A stretch of 63,944 nt of DNA, counting the filler, from Octopus bimaculoides (Eukaryota), in NCBI RefSeq assembly GCF_001194135.2. It is 6 parts of 6 records of this genome, joined end to end, with 100 filler letters (N's around TTAATTAATTAA, not from the genome) between each part and the next. Parts side by side here need not be neighbours in the genome. Positions count along the whole stretch, not along the records: positions 31,701 to 44,143 come from NW_026421161.1; positions 44,244 to 46,044 come from NW_026404325.1; positions 46,145 to 48,352 come from NW_026311845.1; positions 48,453 to 62,809 come from NC_069007.1; 2 more parts are not named here. One strand, written 5' to 3'. Below the pieces are notes generated by a model. That model was not told where the DNA came from. It did no database searches and worked only from the letters and a program-made list of their open reading frames with translations. Shown here in pieces: positions 38,769 through 51,665 of this stretch (positions are counted from its first letter, which is position 1; every line of letters begins with the position of its first letter). Both the position numbers and the translations under genes were made by a program.

Positions 38769-40446
38769 TTGTGTGTATGTATATAGATATTTATATATAC
38801 ACGCATGTACGCGTATACATATGTATATACAAGCTTATATGTACATTCTATATAAATGTATATTCACACATATATGTATACATATACATACGCATCTACA
38901 CACATGTACATATATACATTCATATATACATACAAACACATATACGTACATATATACACACATATCCATATATATATATATATATGTGTGTGTGTGCGTG
39001 CGTGTGTGTGTAAGCAAAGCGGGTAATGTTATTAATAAATGAAGAACCACTTGTTTAGAAAACACTTCGGATACGTTCTTCCTCTTTTTTTTTCTATGCA
39101 TCGCCATCTGTCAGTGCGTGTGCACGTATGTATCTGTGTGTGTGTGTGTGTGTGTGTGCATACATTTGAGTATATGAATGAGTACGTATACTTACACTCA
39201 CAAACGTTGATATCTACATATGAATAACAACATTTGAGTGTGCGCGTATGTGTGTATGTTTGTATATATATATATATATATATACATAATAATACTAATA
39301 ATAATATTAGGGATAAAAATCCAAATTTACAGGTAAAATCTCAATTAAATTCAATTTATCAAAAATTAAAATTAAATTAAGTTGCACAGTATAAAATATA
39401 TANNNNNNNNNNNNNNNNNNNNNNNNNNNNNNNNNNNNNNNNNNNNNNNNNNNNNNNNNNNNNNNNNNNNNNNNNNNNNNNNNNNNNNNNNNNNNNNNNN
39501 NNNNNNNNNNNNNNNNNNNNNNNNNNNNNNNNNNNNNNNNNNNNNNNNNNNNNNNNNNNNNNNNNNNNNNNNNNNNNNNNNNNNNNNNNNNNNNNNNNNN
39601 NNNNNNNNNNNNNNNNNNNNNNNNNNNNNNNNNNNNNNNNNNNNNNNNNNNNNNNNNNNNNNNNNNNNNNNNNNNNNNNNNNNNNNNNNNNNNNNNNNNN
39701 NNNNNNNNNNNNNNNNNNNNNNNNNNNNNNNNNNNNATATATATATATATACATATATGTATATATATGTATGTATATATTTGATATACATACTTGTATG
39801 TGTAATTGCATATTCATACCAGTCGACCATATATTTTCACACTCCTGCACAAACACGTCAAACCAAACATTATATCCGTTTGTCTGTATCTATCTATCTA
39901 TCTATCTACCTACTTACCTACCTAACCATCTATCTACCTAGCAAGCTATCTACATTTTTGTCTATTCATCTCTTTATCTATCTATCTTTCCATCCACATA
40001 TACAATCTATTGACTTACTCCTTGGTTTCAAACACACACACACACGCATGCGCCTGTGGTCATGTATTTATATACTTTCATATATATTTATTTCAAACAT
40101 TCAATATATATAAATTTATAGCATAGCTGCATATAACTTACCTTTTCATTATAGCTTTATGAAAAGCAGGGTAGGGTGAGTGTATGTGCATATACAGAAT
40201 TCTATACACTGCCTGTCAATCAGTTATTGATGGTATGTTCGCAAATTATATATTTACCCCTTAATCTATCACAGAATCTACTCCTACCCAATATTCTAAC
40301 GTGACAAATACCCATTACCTGTAGATTTATATATTGCCTCGTATAATTGTCTCCCTTTCCCATCGCTCTCCTTCTCTTCTTAATCTCTTTCCTGCTATGA
40401 CTCTTTGTGTTCGTCTTTTACCGTCTGTCTGTCTCTCAGTTTAATT

Positions 40447-40479
<33 letters not shown>

Positions 40480-41588
40480 TTTTCTCTCTATCTATCTATT
40501 TCTCTCTCTTTTCCTCTCATTCTCGTACATACAGTTACTTATATTCGCACCCACGTACTTAACATGTATATACATTAACGCACATACATGCTTACGTACA
40601 TGCGTGTGTGTATTCATTTCTTTTGTGTGTGTGTGTGGGGGGGGGCATGTGTGTACGTAGTGTGTGTGTGTGTAGGCAGTGTGCATGTGTCTGTCTGTGT
40701 GAACGCGTATGGCGTCTCCTTGTGTGTACGCGGTGTACGTGTAAGTGTGTATGTATACACGGTGTGTGTGTGTATACATGGTGTGTGTGTGTGTGTGTGT
40801 GTGCACATGCAATGTGTGTGTATATGCGGCGTGTGCGTGTGTGTACGCGGGATGTGTGTGTACGCGGTGTGTATGTTTGTACGCAGTGTGCGTGTGTACG
40901 CATTGTGAGTGTTTGTACGCGGCGTGTATGTGCGTGTGTGTACCGTCACCTCCAGCTCCTCCTCCTCATCCTCATCATCATCATCCTCAATACCACCACC
41001 TCCACCATTCTACTCCTCCGCCTCATCATCATCATCATCATCACAGACATTATCATCATCACCACCGTTCTTCCCCTCCGCCTCATTATCATAATAGTCC
41101 CGTCATCATCATCGTCACCACCACCACCACTGCCACCATTCTAATCCCTTTCCTCATCGACACCTCCGTAGTCATCATCATCATCACCATCATCATCATG
41201 AAATTATTATTCCCATATCTATTATTCATACTCTTTGAGAAATACATCAAGAACGCCCCCTCTCAGATCTATTTGATATACAGACTTGGAAAGCATATTA
41301 AAAGAAGTATTTATGGCTCCTCCGAAAAGGTCTTTTTTTTTATTGTTAAACATGTACCATGGTTTACATAAATATCTTTCGGTTAACAAATTCTGTGTTA
41401 AAATATCCTTATAGCATTTATATATTTTAGTGTTGATATTTTCTTGAATGTGCCTCTAGCCATCATTAGAGGTAAATTGTCAGTGTTGTCACAAAAAAAC
41501 GATTCTACATCATAATTCTTCTCGCACTGCACATCACTTATATTTTCAGTTGAAGTAATGACAGATACGATGTTGGTCATATTTTTTA

Positions 41589-41647
<59 letters not shown>

Positions 41648-42131
41648 NNNNNNNNNNNNNNNNNNNNNNNNNNNNNNNNNNNNNNNNNNNNNNNNNNNNN
41701 NNNNNNNNNNNNNNNNNNNNNNNNNNNNNNNNNNNNNNNNNNNNNNNNNNNNNNNNNNNNNNNNNNNNNNNNNNNNNNNNNNNNNNNNNNNNNNNNNNNN
41801 NNNNNNNNNNNNNNNNNNNNNNNNNNNNNNNNNNNNNNNNNNNNNNNNNNNNNNNNNNNNNNNNNNNNNNNNNTCTCTCTCTCTCTCTCTCACACACACT
41901 CTCTCTCTCTCTCACACTCTCTCTCTCTCTGTATATATATATATATATATATGTACTCTTTACTCTCTTTACTCTTTTACTTGTGTCATGCAGTGGGACT
42001 GAACCCAAACCATGTTTGGGAAACAAACCTCTTACAACACAGCCACACACAAAGAAATATATGAAACGAACCTCCATCGCCGAAAGACGGAGATCGACTA
42101 GCATCTATATATACCACACATACACACCAGG

Positions 42132-42171
<40 letters not shown>

Positions 42172-42747
42172 TACATACATACATGGATATATATATATAT
42201 ATGTATGTATATAAACACATACATTCAATAGTGAATATATATACTTATTGAGACATGAAAATCAAAATGAAACCGGACATTGTGTCCTCACACACAATGC
42301 ATACATACACACGCACACACATTCGGTTCCTTTTCCTTCCACACAAACGCATACGTCATAGCAAGCACACAAACATATAGTCCTCATAAACACACACACA
42401 TGAATATATATATATATATTCGTGTACTTTCCCATACATAACACACAACCTCTCGCTCTCATTCATGCATCACACTTAATACACGGTAATGAAGAAGCAA
42501 AACAGAAGAGACGAGGTGAATAAATCAAACGCCCGATGTCCGATAGCTTGGGCATATCACACTGTACATGTGATATCTTATAGACTTAGTGTCACCAGAA
42601 TTATGGTAGCAGAGCGAGAGAGAGAGAGAGGACAGGGAATGAGAGGGAGTATATATATATAATGAGAGAGAGGGGGAGGGAGAAGGCAAGTTAATGGTAG
42701 GAAAGTGAAAGCAGGAGAGAAATTTAGATGGGAGTGAGAAAGAAAAT

Positions 42748-42785
<38 letters not shown>

Positions 42786-42937
42786 TAGATAGATAGATAG
42801 TGAGAGAGATAGTGAGAGAGAAAGATAGGAGACAGAGGTATGATAGAAAGACAGAGAGCAAGGTGAGGACAGAGAAAATGACCATGAGAATAGACTCGAA
42901 GTGGGAAGAGAGACAGAGAAACAGAGGGGAGGAGGGT

Positions 42938-42985
<48 letters not shown>

Positions 42986-43182
42986 CAAGAAAGACTATAG
43001 GGGGAGACAGACGGGGAAAGAGAGTGATTTGAACAGAGAGAAAAAATGTCAATTAATACGAAACTGAGATTTTAGAAACAGCAACAAGATCTATCGTACA
43101 TCATGGCCAACTGACTCAAAAAAGGAAGGACATAATGATAATATTGTTTCGTCCTTGTTAAGTCATTTTAAGCTAGACATAT

Positions 43183-43345
43183 ATAAGCTTGTGGTAAGTA
43201 GCTTGCTTACGAACCACATGGTTCCGGGTTCAGTCTCACTGCGTGGCACCTTGGGCAGGTGTCTTCTACTATGGCCTCGGACCGACCAAAGCCTTGTGAG
43301 TGCATTTGGTAGACGGGAACTGAAAGAAGCCCGTCGTATATATGT
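43183..43345 (+). mobile_element. SINE family C, head
   Basis: GTGGTAAGTAGCTTGCT...GGGTTCAGTCTCACTGCGTGGCACCTTGGGCAGGTGTCTTC...GAAAGAAGCCCGTCG. Confidence 0.88.
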
Positions 43346-43349
43346 AACC

Positions 43350-43740
43350 ACGTGGGCATCGGTGCCGATTTTTTCTTCCTCCGTTTTTCCATTCTTTGAA
43401 CTTTCCGTCTTTCCGACGAAGGGCTCCACCCGAAACGTCATGCTCTCTTTCCTTTCCCGAGCGTCTAATAACACTATCCGTATCACGTCCTCACTTTGTT
43501 GTTTTTTTGTTATTGCTTTTTGTCTTTTTTTGAACTTATATATATATATATATATGTAGATATATATATATATATATATGGGAGAATTTACGAAAAAAGC
43601 AACAGACGAAGACAGGTGGTGTAAACAACAAATGGATGTATTAGTTTAACGCTCGGGAATAGAGAAAGTCTTTGACGTTTCAAGCCTACGCTCTTCAAGT
43701 GAAAGGAACACAGAAAAAAATAAGGAGAAAAATATATTGT
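43350..43740. mobile_element. Two related Penelope-type tails with hammerhead-like cores, tail to tail around (TA)n
   Basis: Plus strand: CCGACGA-A-GGGCTCCACCC-GAAACGTC at 43413-43439. Minus strand: TTGAAGA-GCGTAGGCTT-GAAACGTC at about 43674-43698. Both continue with ...TTCCCGAGCGT..CTAATA. Confidence 0.55.
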
Positions 43741-44749
43741 TATATGCGTATATTTGAGTATATTTATTTATTTATGTGTTTCAGCCAAGTGGCTGCGGTC
43801 ATGCTGGTGCACCATGTATACATAAGTATGTCTACGCGCATACTTAAGTATGTCTATGCTTATACGCGTATATTCAAGTATGTGTGTGCGTTTGTATGTC
43901 TTCACATGTGTATAAATACGTTTGTTTGCGTTTACGCATGTGTATATGCGCTTCAGCGTTTGTGTGAAGGGGTATATATATATAAATTGGTATATGAATA
44001 TATTTAAGTATGTGTGTTTGTCTGTATGTCTCCACATGCACATAAATATCCATGTTCGTTTGCGTTGAAGTATGTGTGTATGCATACATAAACATATATA
44101 TATATATGCATATACATTATATATATATATATATACATATATANNNNNNNNNNNNNNNNNNNNNNNNNNNNNNNNNNNNNNNNNNNNTTAATTAATTAAN
44201 NNNNNNNNNNNNNNNNNNNNNNNNNNNNNNNNNNNNNNNNNNNATATATATATATATATATATTTCCTTATACAAACACACATATTTATATTAATGCAAA
44301 AACGGCTTAACACCGAAATCTCAGCTTCAACATGCACAAACTTACATACATTCACAGGTATACATGTGCACGAATGCGTTTGCGTTACACATAAAAATAG
44401 TCGCATATATGGAATCTTATATACATACTTGCAGAAATAATCATACGCTTGTGTAAATATTTGCTCAGGAAGAATTTAACACACTCAGAACAATATATGC
44501 ATGTATATAGAAGATTTATAAAAGGTTATATACATACATGTAGAAATATTGAAATGCTTATATAAATAAATATTTGTACACGAAGCATATTAATATATGC
44601 TATCGACATGAAAGGCTTATACGCACATTCAGAAATACTAATATGCATATATGAATAAAAGTTTGTTTAAGAATATATTAATATACACGGATAACAATTA
44701 AAAACAACATCTAAATTGGGGAAATCCTGTCATCTACTGACAAGTCCTC

Positions 44750-44788
<39 letters not shown>

Positions 44789-44819
44789 TATATATATATA
44801 TATATATACATATATGTAT

Positions 44820-44872
<53 letters not shown>

Positions 44873-45312
44873 CATATATATATATGTAATGACTATGTAT
44901 ATGTACGTATGTGTGTGCGTGTTTGTGTGTGATACATGTATGTATCTATTAATGTATGAATATATATATATATATATATATATANNNNNNNNNNNNNNNN
45001 NNNNNNNNNNNNNNNNNNNNNNNNNNNNNNNNNNNNNNNNNNNNNNNNNNNNNNNNNNNNNNNNNNNNNNNNNNNNNNNNNNNNNNNNNNNNNNNNNNNN
45101 NNNNNNNNNNNNNNNNNNNNNNNNNNNNNNNNNNNTATATGTATGTATACACGTTTATCTACACACATACATATGCATACATACATGATTATACATACAG
45201 CTGTGTAAAAATGCAAACATACCATATACATAGGCATTCGTATTGCATACACATGCATGCACACCTCTTTCTATGTGTATATATTTGTGTGAGTGTGTGT
45301 GTGTGTGCGTGA

Positions 45313-45394
<82 letters not shown>

Positions 45395-46008
45395 TAGAGA
45401 GAGAGAGCGTGTGTGTATGTATGAATGTGTACATGAGTCTGTATAGCCGCATATGTATGTATGTATATATATATACATATATATATATATATACATATAC
45501 ATATAATGTAATATAACATAATAATATAATATAATATATTATACTATATATATGTATATATCATATATATGTATGTATATATATGTGTGTATGTTATGTA
45601 TGTGTGTAATATACTTATAAATAGACATTACGTGTCACATCTGCCAATATACTAAACTTTTATAAATTTCTCGCCCATTAAATATATTCTTAATTTTTTC
45701 CCCTTTCATAATTAAATATTTCACACACACAAAAAAAAAATGTTTACATTTTTGATTTCATCGATAGATTAACATATCACAGATTGATTTGCATATCGCA
45801 GAATTATTCACACAATCCAGATTAATTTTCATATGAGAAGTTAATTTACATATTGCAAACTAATTTACATATTATTGTTGATAACTTGGAAATATCAATT
45901 GTCATTCGGAAATTACGTAATATGTTATATATCGACCATTCTATCCCTCTATATCTGCATCTCTCTCTCTTTCTCTTCCTCTCTCAGTATAAATATGTAT
46001 GTGTGTGA

Positions 46009-46041
<33 letters not shown>

Positions 46042-46144
46042 ATANNNNNNNNNNNNNNNNNNNNNNNNNNNNNNNNNNNNNNNNNNNNTTAATTAATTAA
46101 NNNNNNNNNNNNNNNNNNNNNNNNNNNNNNNNNNNNNNNNNNNN

Positions 46145-46203
<59 letters not shown>

Positions 46204-46236
46204 TATATATATGTATATATATATATATATATATAT

Positions 46237-47229
46237 GGTGAGAGTGGGCAACGAGTACAGTGACGAATTCAGGGTACAAGTAGGGGCTCACAAAGGATCA
46301 GTCTTCACTCCCTCCCCACTCTTGTTCATCATAGTCTCCTCCAGACAATAATAGACAAATTCAAGACAGGCTGTTCCTGGGAGCTCTTCTATGCTGATGA
46401 CCTTACTCTTATAGCTGAATCATTACCTGAACTAGAGAAGTTCCAAATATGGAAGCAACGTCTAGAATCAAAGGACCTTAAAGTTAACCTAGCAAAAACC
46501 AAAGTCATAGTAAGTAGGAAGGTAGGTAAATCACAAATCTCTTCAGGCACATGGCCCTGCTCAATCTGTAGAAAAGGCGTAGGTAGAAACTCCATAAGAT
46601 GTACCCAAGTGTAAGCTTAGGACACATAAAAGGTGCTGCAACATCAGAGGAAGGTTAATAGGGAAATTAACTTTTGTATGTGGAAGATACACAGGTACAA
46701 TAAATGCTGAAAATGTGCTGAAAATAGATTCCATCAACTGCCAGGTGGGTAAGCTAGAGGTTGTTGATAGCTTCTGTTATCTAGGTGACCAAGTTAGTAG
46801 TAGAGGTAGATGCTCTGAGTGCATGGTTGTGAGAATAAGATTAGGCTGGACAAAGTTCAGAGAGCTCCTACCTCGACTGGCAATAAAGACCTCTCTCTCA
46901 GAGTGAAAGGCAGATTGTATGATGCCTGTGTGTGAACAGCCATGCTATATGGCAGTGAAGCATGGGCTGTGACAGCCAAGCACATGCATAGGCTTGAAAG
47001 AAACGAAGCCAGTATGCTTCACTGGACGTGCAATGTCAGTGTGCATGTTCGACAGAGTGTAAGCATCTTGAGAGAAAAGTTAGGCATAAGAGGCATCAGA
47101 TGTGGTGTGCAAGAAAGATGACTGTGCTGGTATGGTCATGTTATGCATATGGACGAGGACAGCTGTGTAAAGAAGAGCCAGTCTCTAACTGTGGAGGGAG
47201 CCTGTGATAGAAGTAGACCCAGGAAGACA
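46237..47229 (+). mobile_element. 5'-truncated RTE-clade LINE, decayed reverse transcriptase
   Basis: VRVGNEYSDEFRVQVG..; ELFYADDL (YADD 46390-46401); LEVVDSFCYLGDQV; WTKFRELLP; WYGHVMHMDEDSCVKK..EG..RGRPRKT-like end, with stops and frameshifts. Runs into a gap. Confidence 0.92.
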
Positions 47230-47627
47230 NNNNNNNNNNNNNNNNNNNNNNNNNNNNNNNNNNNNNNNNNNNNNNNNNNNNNNNNNNNNNNNNNNNNNNN
47301 NNNNNNNNNNNNNNNNNNNNNNNNNNNNNNNNNNNNNNNNNNNNNNNNNNNNNNNNNNNNNNNNNNNNNNNNNNNNNNNNNNNNNNNNNNNNNNNNNNNN
47401 NNNNNNNNNNNNNNNNNNNNNNNNNNNNNNNNNNNNNNNNNNNNNNNNNNNNNNNNNNNNNNNNNNNNNNNNNNNNNNNNNNNNNNNNNNNNNNNNNNNN
47501 NNNNNNNNNNNNNNNNNNNNNNNNNNNNNNNNNNNNNNNNNNNNNNNNNNNNNNNNNNNNNNNNNNNNNNNNNNNNNNNNNNNNNNNNNNNNNNNNNNNN
47601 NNNNNNNGTTTCTTTTGAGTGTTGGGC

Positions 47628-47671
<44 letters not shown>

Positions 47672-47736
47672 AATAAATGCACATGCACACATGTATTCAC
47701 ACACACCCCTAGAAGTTGCCGAAATCATTGTGACCT

Positions 47737-47747
47737 TCAAGCAAGAT
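47737..47747 (-). CDS. Probable terminal coding exon (H)LA* of the unidentified gene
   Basis: Strong acceptor ttctttttactttacgtccttcatcag|AT CTT GCT TGA. Phase 1 matches the preceding exon; intron of 158 nt (47748-47905). Confidence 0.4.
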
Positions 47748-47905
47748 CTGATGAAGGACGTAAAGTAAAAAGAACTAATAATGTGCAGCAAAAAAGGAAA
47801 AAAAAGAAACAAAACAAAAAAGAACAAACAGGGTGTGGGGGTGGGGAAGGTAGGGAGAGAAGTGAAAAAGAAAAAGAAACTAATTTGTTAGTGCTGATCA
47901 CTTAC

Positions 47906-48220
47906 GGAGAACAATGCCTGTTTGTGTCATTTGGACTGGTTGAATGTAAGGAAGGGATGGTGAATAATCGCTGGATGTATGTAAGGATATAGCATCTTGA
48001 TAAGTGGGATCAAAGTCCCCTCTAAATGGCTCAACTCTCACTGACTCAGCCCTTGTTGCTTCAGTCATGGTGGTTGTGTAAATTCTGCTTGGGTTTGGCT
48101 CAGCAGTATCTGGTATTTTCAAAGCAGTCTCGCTACCCATTGAGCAATCGCGCATCGACAAGGAGCTTCCTAGGCCCGAAATATTATATTCTTCTTCTCC
48201 TGATGCATTACTTTCTTGAC
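47906..48220 (-). CDS. Internal coding exon of an unidentified protein, S/T/P/E-rich and probably disordered
   Basis: Pyrimidine tract plus gaag|G acceptor and perfect C|gtaagt donor. 315 nt, phase 1-1, stop-free, non-repetitive: (G)QESNASGEEEYNISGLGSSLSMRDCSMGSETALKIPDTAEPNPSRIYTTTMTEATRAESVRVEPFRGDFDPTYQDAISLHTSSDYSPSLPYIQPVQMTQTGIVL. Confidence 0.7.
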
Positions 48221-48451
48221 CTTCGTTAACAGAAAGTGATTGAAAAGAAAAATTATTAATTAACTAAGTTCAATACTGTAAATTTGATAGAATACAATCA
48301 TAAATACAAGAGGCTGAAATGGGGTTCTTCTGAAGGGTCTCTTGAGTAACGTNNNNNNNNNNNNNNNNNNNNNNNNNNNNNNNNNNNNNNNNNNNNTTAA
48401 TTAATTAANNNNNNNNNNNNNNNNNNNNNNNNNNNNNNNNNNNNNNNNNNN

Positions 48452-49645
48452 NGCAACTGGATGAACTAAAAGTCAGAGGGGGACAGGATAAACTCCCTGC
48501 ATCAACTTGCTATAAGGCAGGTAGTAATTTTACCTTGTCCTTATTCTTAGTGCAAGTTTTGAAGAGTGCAGTTCGATTTTAAAAGTTATTTTTTTCAAAG
48601 TTATAATGGAAGTGACAAAGGAGAATATTTGGCATATTTTGCTTTATGAGTTCAATAACGGCAACAACGCAATGGAAAGTGAGAGGAATATTAATGCAGT
48701 ATATGGGGATTGGACAATAAGCGTAAGCCAGTGTCAACGGTGGTTCCAGAAATTCTGAGCCAGAAATTACAGCCTAGAAGATGAGCCTCATCCTAGAAGG
48801 TCTGTAGAGCTCGACGAGGATGTCCTGCAAACCCTGGTGGGACAAAATCCCATCGTAACTGTTGAGGAACTAGTAGAGAAGCTTGGATTTGGCTAGTCAA
48901 CCATTCATCAACACCTGTGTGCCATCGAAAAAGTCAGCAAATTGGGTCAATGGGTTCCTAACAAACTTTCCGAGTCTAATCGCGTGCAGAGAGTGAATGT
49001 GTGCTCTTCTTTGTTGTTACGTCTCACAAATGAACCTTTTTTGGACCGAATAGTCACTGGTGACAAGAAATGGGTTCTCTATAAAAATGCCAAGCGCCGA
49101 AGACAGTGGGGATGGAAAGGAGAAACCCCGGCACCCCAGGCTAAAGAAGGTCGTCACCCACGTAAGGTGTTCTGTTCTTTTAAACCCAAACAAAACGATA
49201 ACAAAGGAGATCTACTGCGAGTAGCTTGAGCAGCCTAGAAGAAAAACGACCATCTTTGATTTCAAGATGAAAGGTGTTCTTCCACCAGGATAATGCTCGG
49301 CCACATACAGCGTGGATGACATTCGAAAGGCTGGAGCAGTTTGAATGGGAAACGATTCCCCACCCACCATATTCGCCAGACATTGCCCCATCTGATTATT
49401 ATTTATTCCACAGTCTTCAAAAACATTTGGATGTGAAAAAATATGAGTTCTGTAGACGAGGTCAGAACGGTGCTGGAGGAGTATTTTTCGTCACGAACAA
49501 GTGAATTTTGGAAGAGGGGCCTTGCAAGTCTACAGACAGATAGAAGAGCATAGTAGAAAATAAAGGAGGGTATATTTTAGATTTAAAAAGAACTTCGTTT
49601 ATCTTAATTTTAAAAAATTAAAGAACTATCTTTTACGGGATAACT

Positions 49646-49648
<3 letters not shown>
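48452..49648 (+). mobile_element. Mariner (DD34D-type) family 1, decayed transposase; left TIR in gap
   Basis: ATG 48606: MEVTKENIWHILLYEFN.. WVPNKL.. IVTGDKKW.. FHQDNARPH.. HPPYSPDIAPSDYYLF, with stops and a deletion. Degenerate right TIR followed by TA at 49649. Confidence 0.93.
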
Positions 49649-49688
<40 letters not shown>

Positions 49689-49779
49689 CGCATGTATATA
49701 GATATTTTCGATCTAGTTTGGATTCTTTGCCATCAAATTTGTATGTATGTATGTATGTATGTATGTATGTATGTATGTA

Positions 49780-50066
49780 TGTATGTATGTATGTATACGT
49801 ACAGATTTGTATGTTTTTGTTTTCTGTATGTCTTCTCATGCGTATAGTTACATATCTAGACATGCTCATATATACTTAAATGCTAAACTTCTGGAAAGTT
49901 TTACAGATTTGTACAGTTCCAGTGGTGTAGTCTTCGAATCAGCTTTCTCCTTTCTGGCTTTGAGAAGCTCAATTTCTCAAGACAGTATTTAGGCAGTGTG
50001 TTACATATCCCAGGGCCCCAATAATTACAGATATAAACCTCAACTTGTAATCTGTATGTATGTATG
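49780..50066 (-). mobile_element. 3' fragment of an RLE-type (R2/R4/NeSL-like) non-LTR retrotransposon
   Basis: Across frameshifts it reads [52 protein letters not shown]. The viigalG motif resembles the RLE C-terminus. Confidence 0.6.
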
Positions 50067-50268
50067 CATGTATATATGTATGTATGCATGCATGCATGTA
50101 TGTATGTATGTATGTATGTATGTATGTATGTATGTATGTATGTATGTATGTATGTATGTATGTATGTATGTATGCATGGGGAGTAAAAGCAGATTCCACG
50201 GCCACCAGTGCTGGTGGTCTGCGCTGTCATAAATTGTCTTTTATTGGTAAAACATAAATTCTTTAAGT

Positions 50269-50315
50269 TCATACGGTGCTGGGTGAAGAATTGCTTGGCA
50301 TTTCAGACGGATTCT
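50269..50315 (-). CDS. Candidate alternative terminal exon xNPSEMPSNSSPSTV*
   Basis: Strong acceptor ttttctctttctccatacag|AG. Phase 1 gives S/P-rich coding to TGA at 50271-50269, with AATAAA about 25 nt downstream (50245-50240). It could instead be a 41-nt internal exon using ACC|gtatga. Confidence 0.35.
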
Positions 50316-50703
50316 CTGTATGGAGAAAGAGAAAACATATTCTTTTTATGTCTTTAGTTCACAGGAATGTGGAATTGGCGGAGAATTATTGAGTTTCTGG
50401 GAATGTCTGGGAGGAATTGGTGCGGGAAGGAAAGGAAAAGAAATATGAAGTGTTTGGTAGGGTGTGCAAAGAGAATAAGGACACATGTATACACACATGC
50501 GAGTGTGTGTTTGTGTTTGTGTGTGTGTGTTTGTGTTTGTGTGCGTGTGTAGTACACCCCAAGTTGCCATACATTATTTGTACGCTTAAAACAATGCGTA
50601 CGTACATATACAAACCCACCTAGTTCCCTACCTGCCTAGAAATGTACACACATGATATATACATACATATATACATACATTTAGACATACATCATACATT
50701 CAT

Positions 50704-50735
<32 letters not shown>

Positions 50736-51029
50736 CAAGATGAAGGATTCTGGAAAGAATCGGGTACTTAGATGGTATGCGCCAGATTGGGTTGATTTAA
50801 GCTGTAGCACCACCTTTAGTCGGATCAATATACCGGGTACTGGAGTTATTTCAGTGAGATATTTAGGCTGTGCACACAGGGAAAAACCACCGCTACGAGT
50901 ATTTAACGCCCAGGGACTGGTCCAAATCGCGCGTTGTATGGATGACAGGTCTGTTATTTTTTCTTTGCTATGGGCACATATACACACACACACATACATA
51001 CATATACACGTGTGTGTTGTGTGTCTTTC

Positions 51030-51170
51030 TCCTCCCACTCATGCTTGATAACCAGTACTGGTTTGTTTACGTCCCTGTAACTTAGCGTTTTTCCCCAAAA
51101 GAGGCCTATAGAATAAGTACCAAACTTTAAAAATAGAGTACTAGGGGACGATTTGTTCGAGTAAAAACCC
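51030..51170 (+). mobile_element. SINE family C, 3' part, variant
   Basis: GCTTGATAACCAGTACTGGTTTGTTTACGTCCCTGTAACTTAGCG...GGGGACGATTTGTTCGAGTAA. Confidence 0.75.
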
Positions 51171-51202
51171 CTACTCACACATATGTCTGTGTGTGTGTGT
51201 GT

Positions 51203-51540
51203 GTGCATAGCTGAGTGGCTAGTGCGCCGGGCTCGCAATCATGAGATAGTGAGTTCGATTTCTGGATCGGTCTGTGTGTTGTGTCCTTGAGCAAAACACT
51301 TTATTTCGCGTTGCTCCATTTGACTCAGCTGTAGAAATGAGTTGCGACGTCGCTGGTGCCAAGCTGTATCAGCCCCTTTTGCCGTTCCCTTGGATAACAT
51401 CAGTGGTGTGGAGAGGGGAGGCTGGTATACATGGGCGACTGCTGGTCTTCCATAAACAACTTTGCCAGGACTTGTACCTCGGAAGGGAACTTTCTAGGTG
51501 CAATCCAATGGTCATTCATGACCGAAGTGGGTCTTTACCT
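51203..51540 (+). mobile_element. tRNA-derived CORE-like SINE, family D
   Basis: A-box TAGCTGAGTGG, B-box GAGTTCGATTTC, CORE-like GTGTCCTTGAGCAAAACACTTTA...CTCAGCTGTAGAAATGAGT. Confidence 0.7.
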
Positions 51541-51577
51541 TTTATATGTGTGTGTGTGTGTGTGTGTGTGTATACAT

Positions 51578-51644
<67 letters not shown>

Positions 51645-51665
51645 TATATATATATATATATATAT

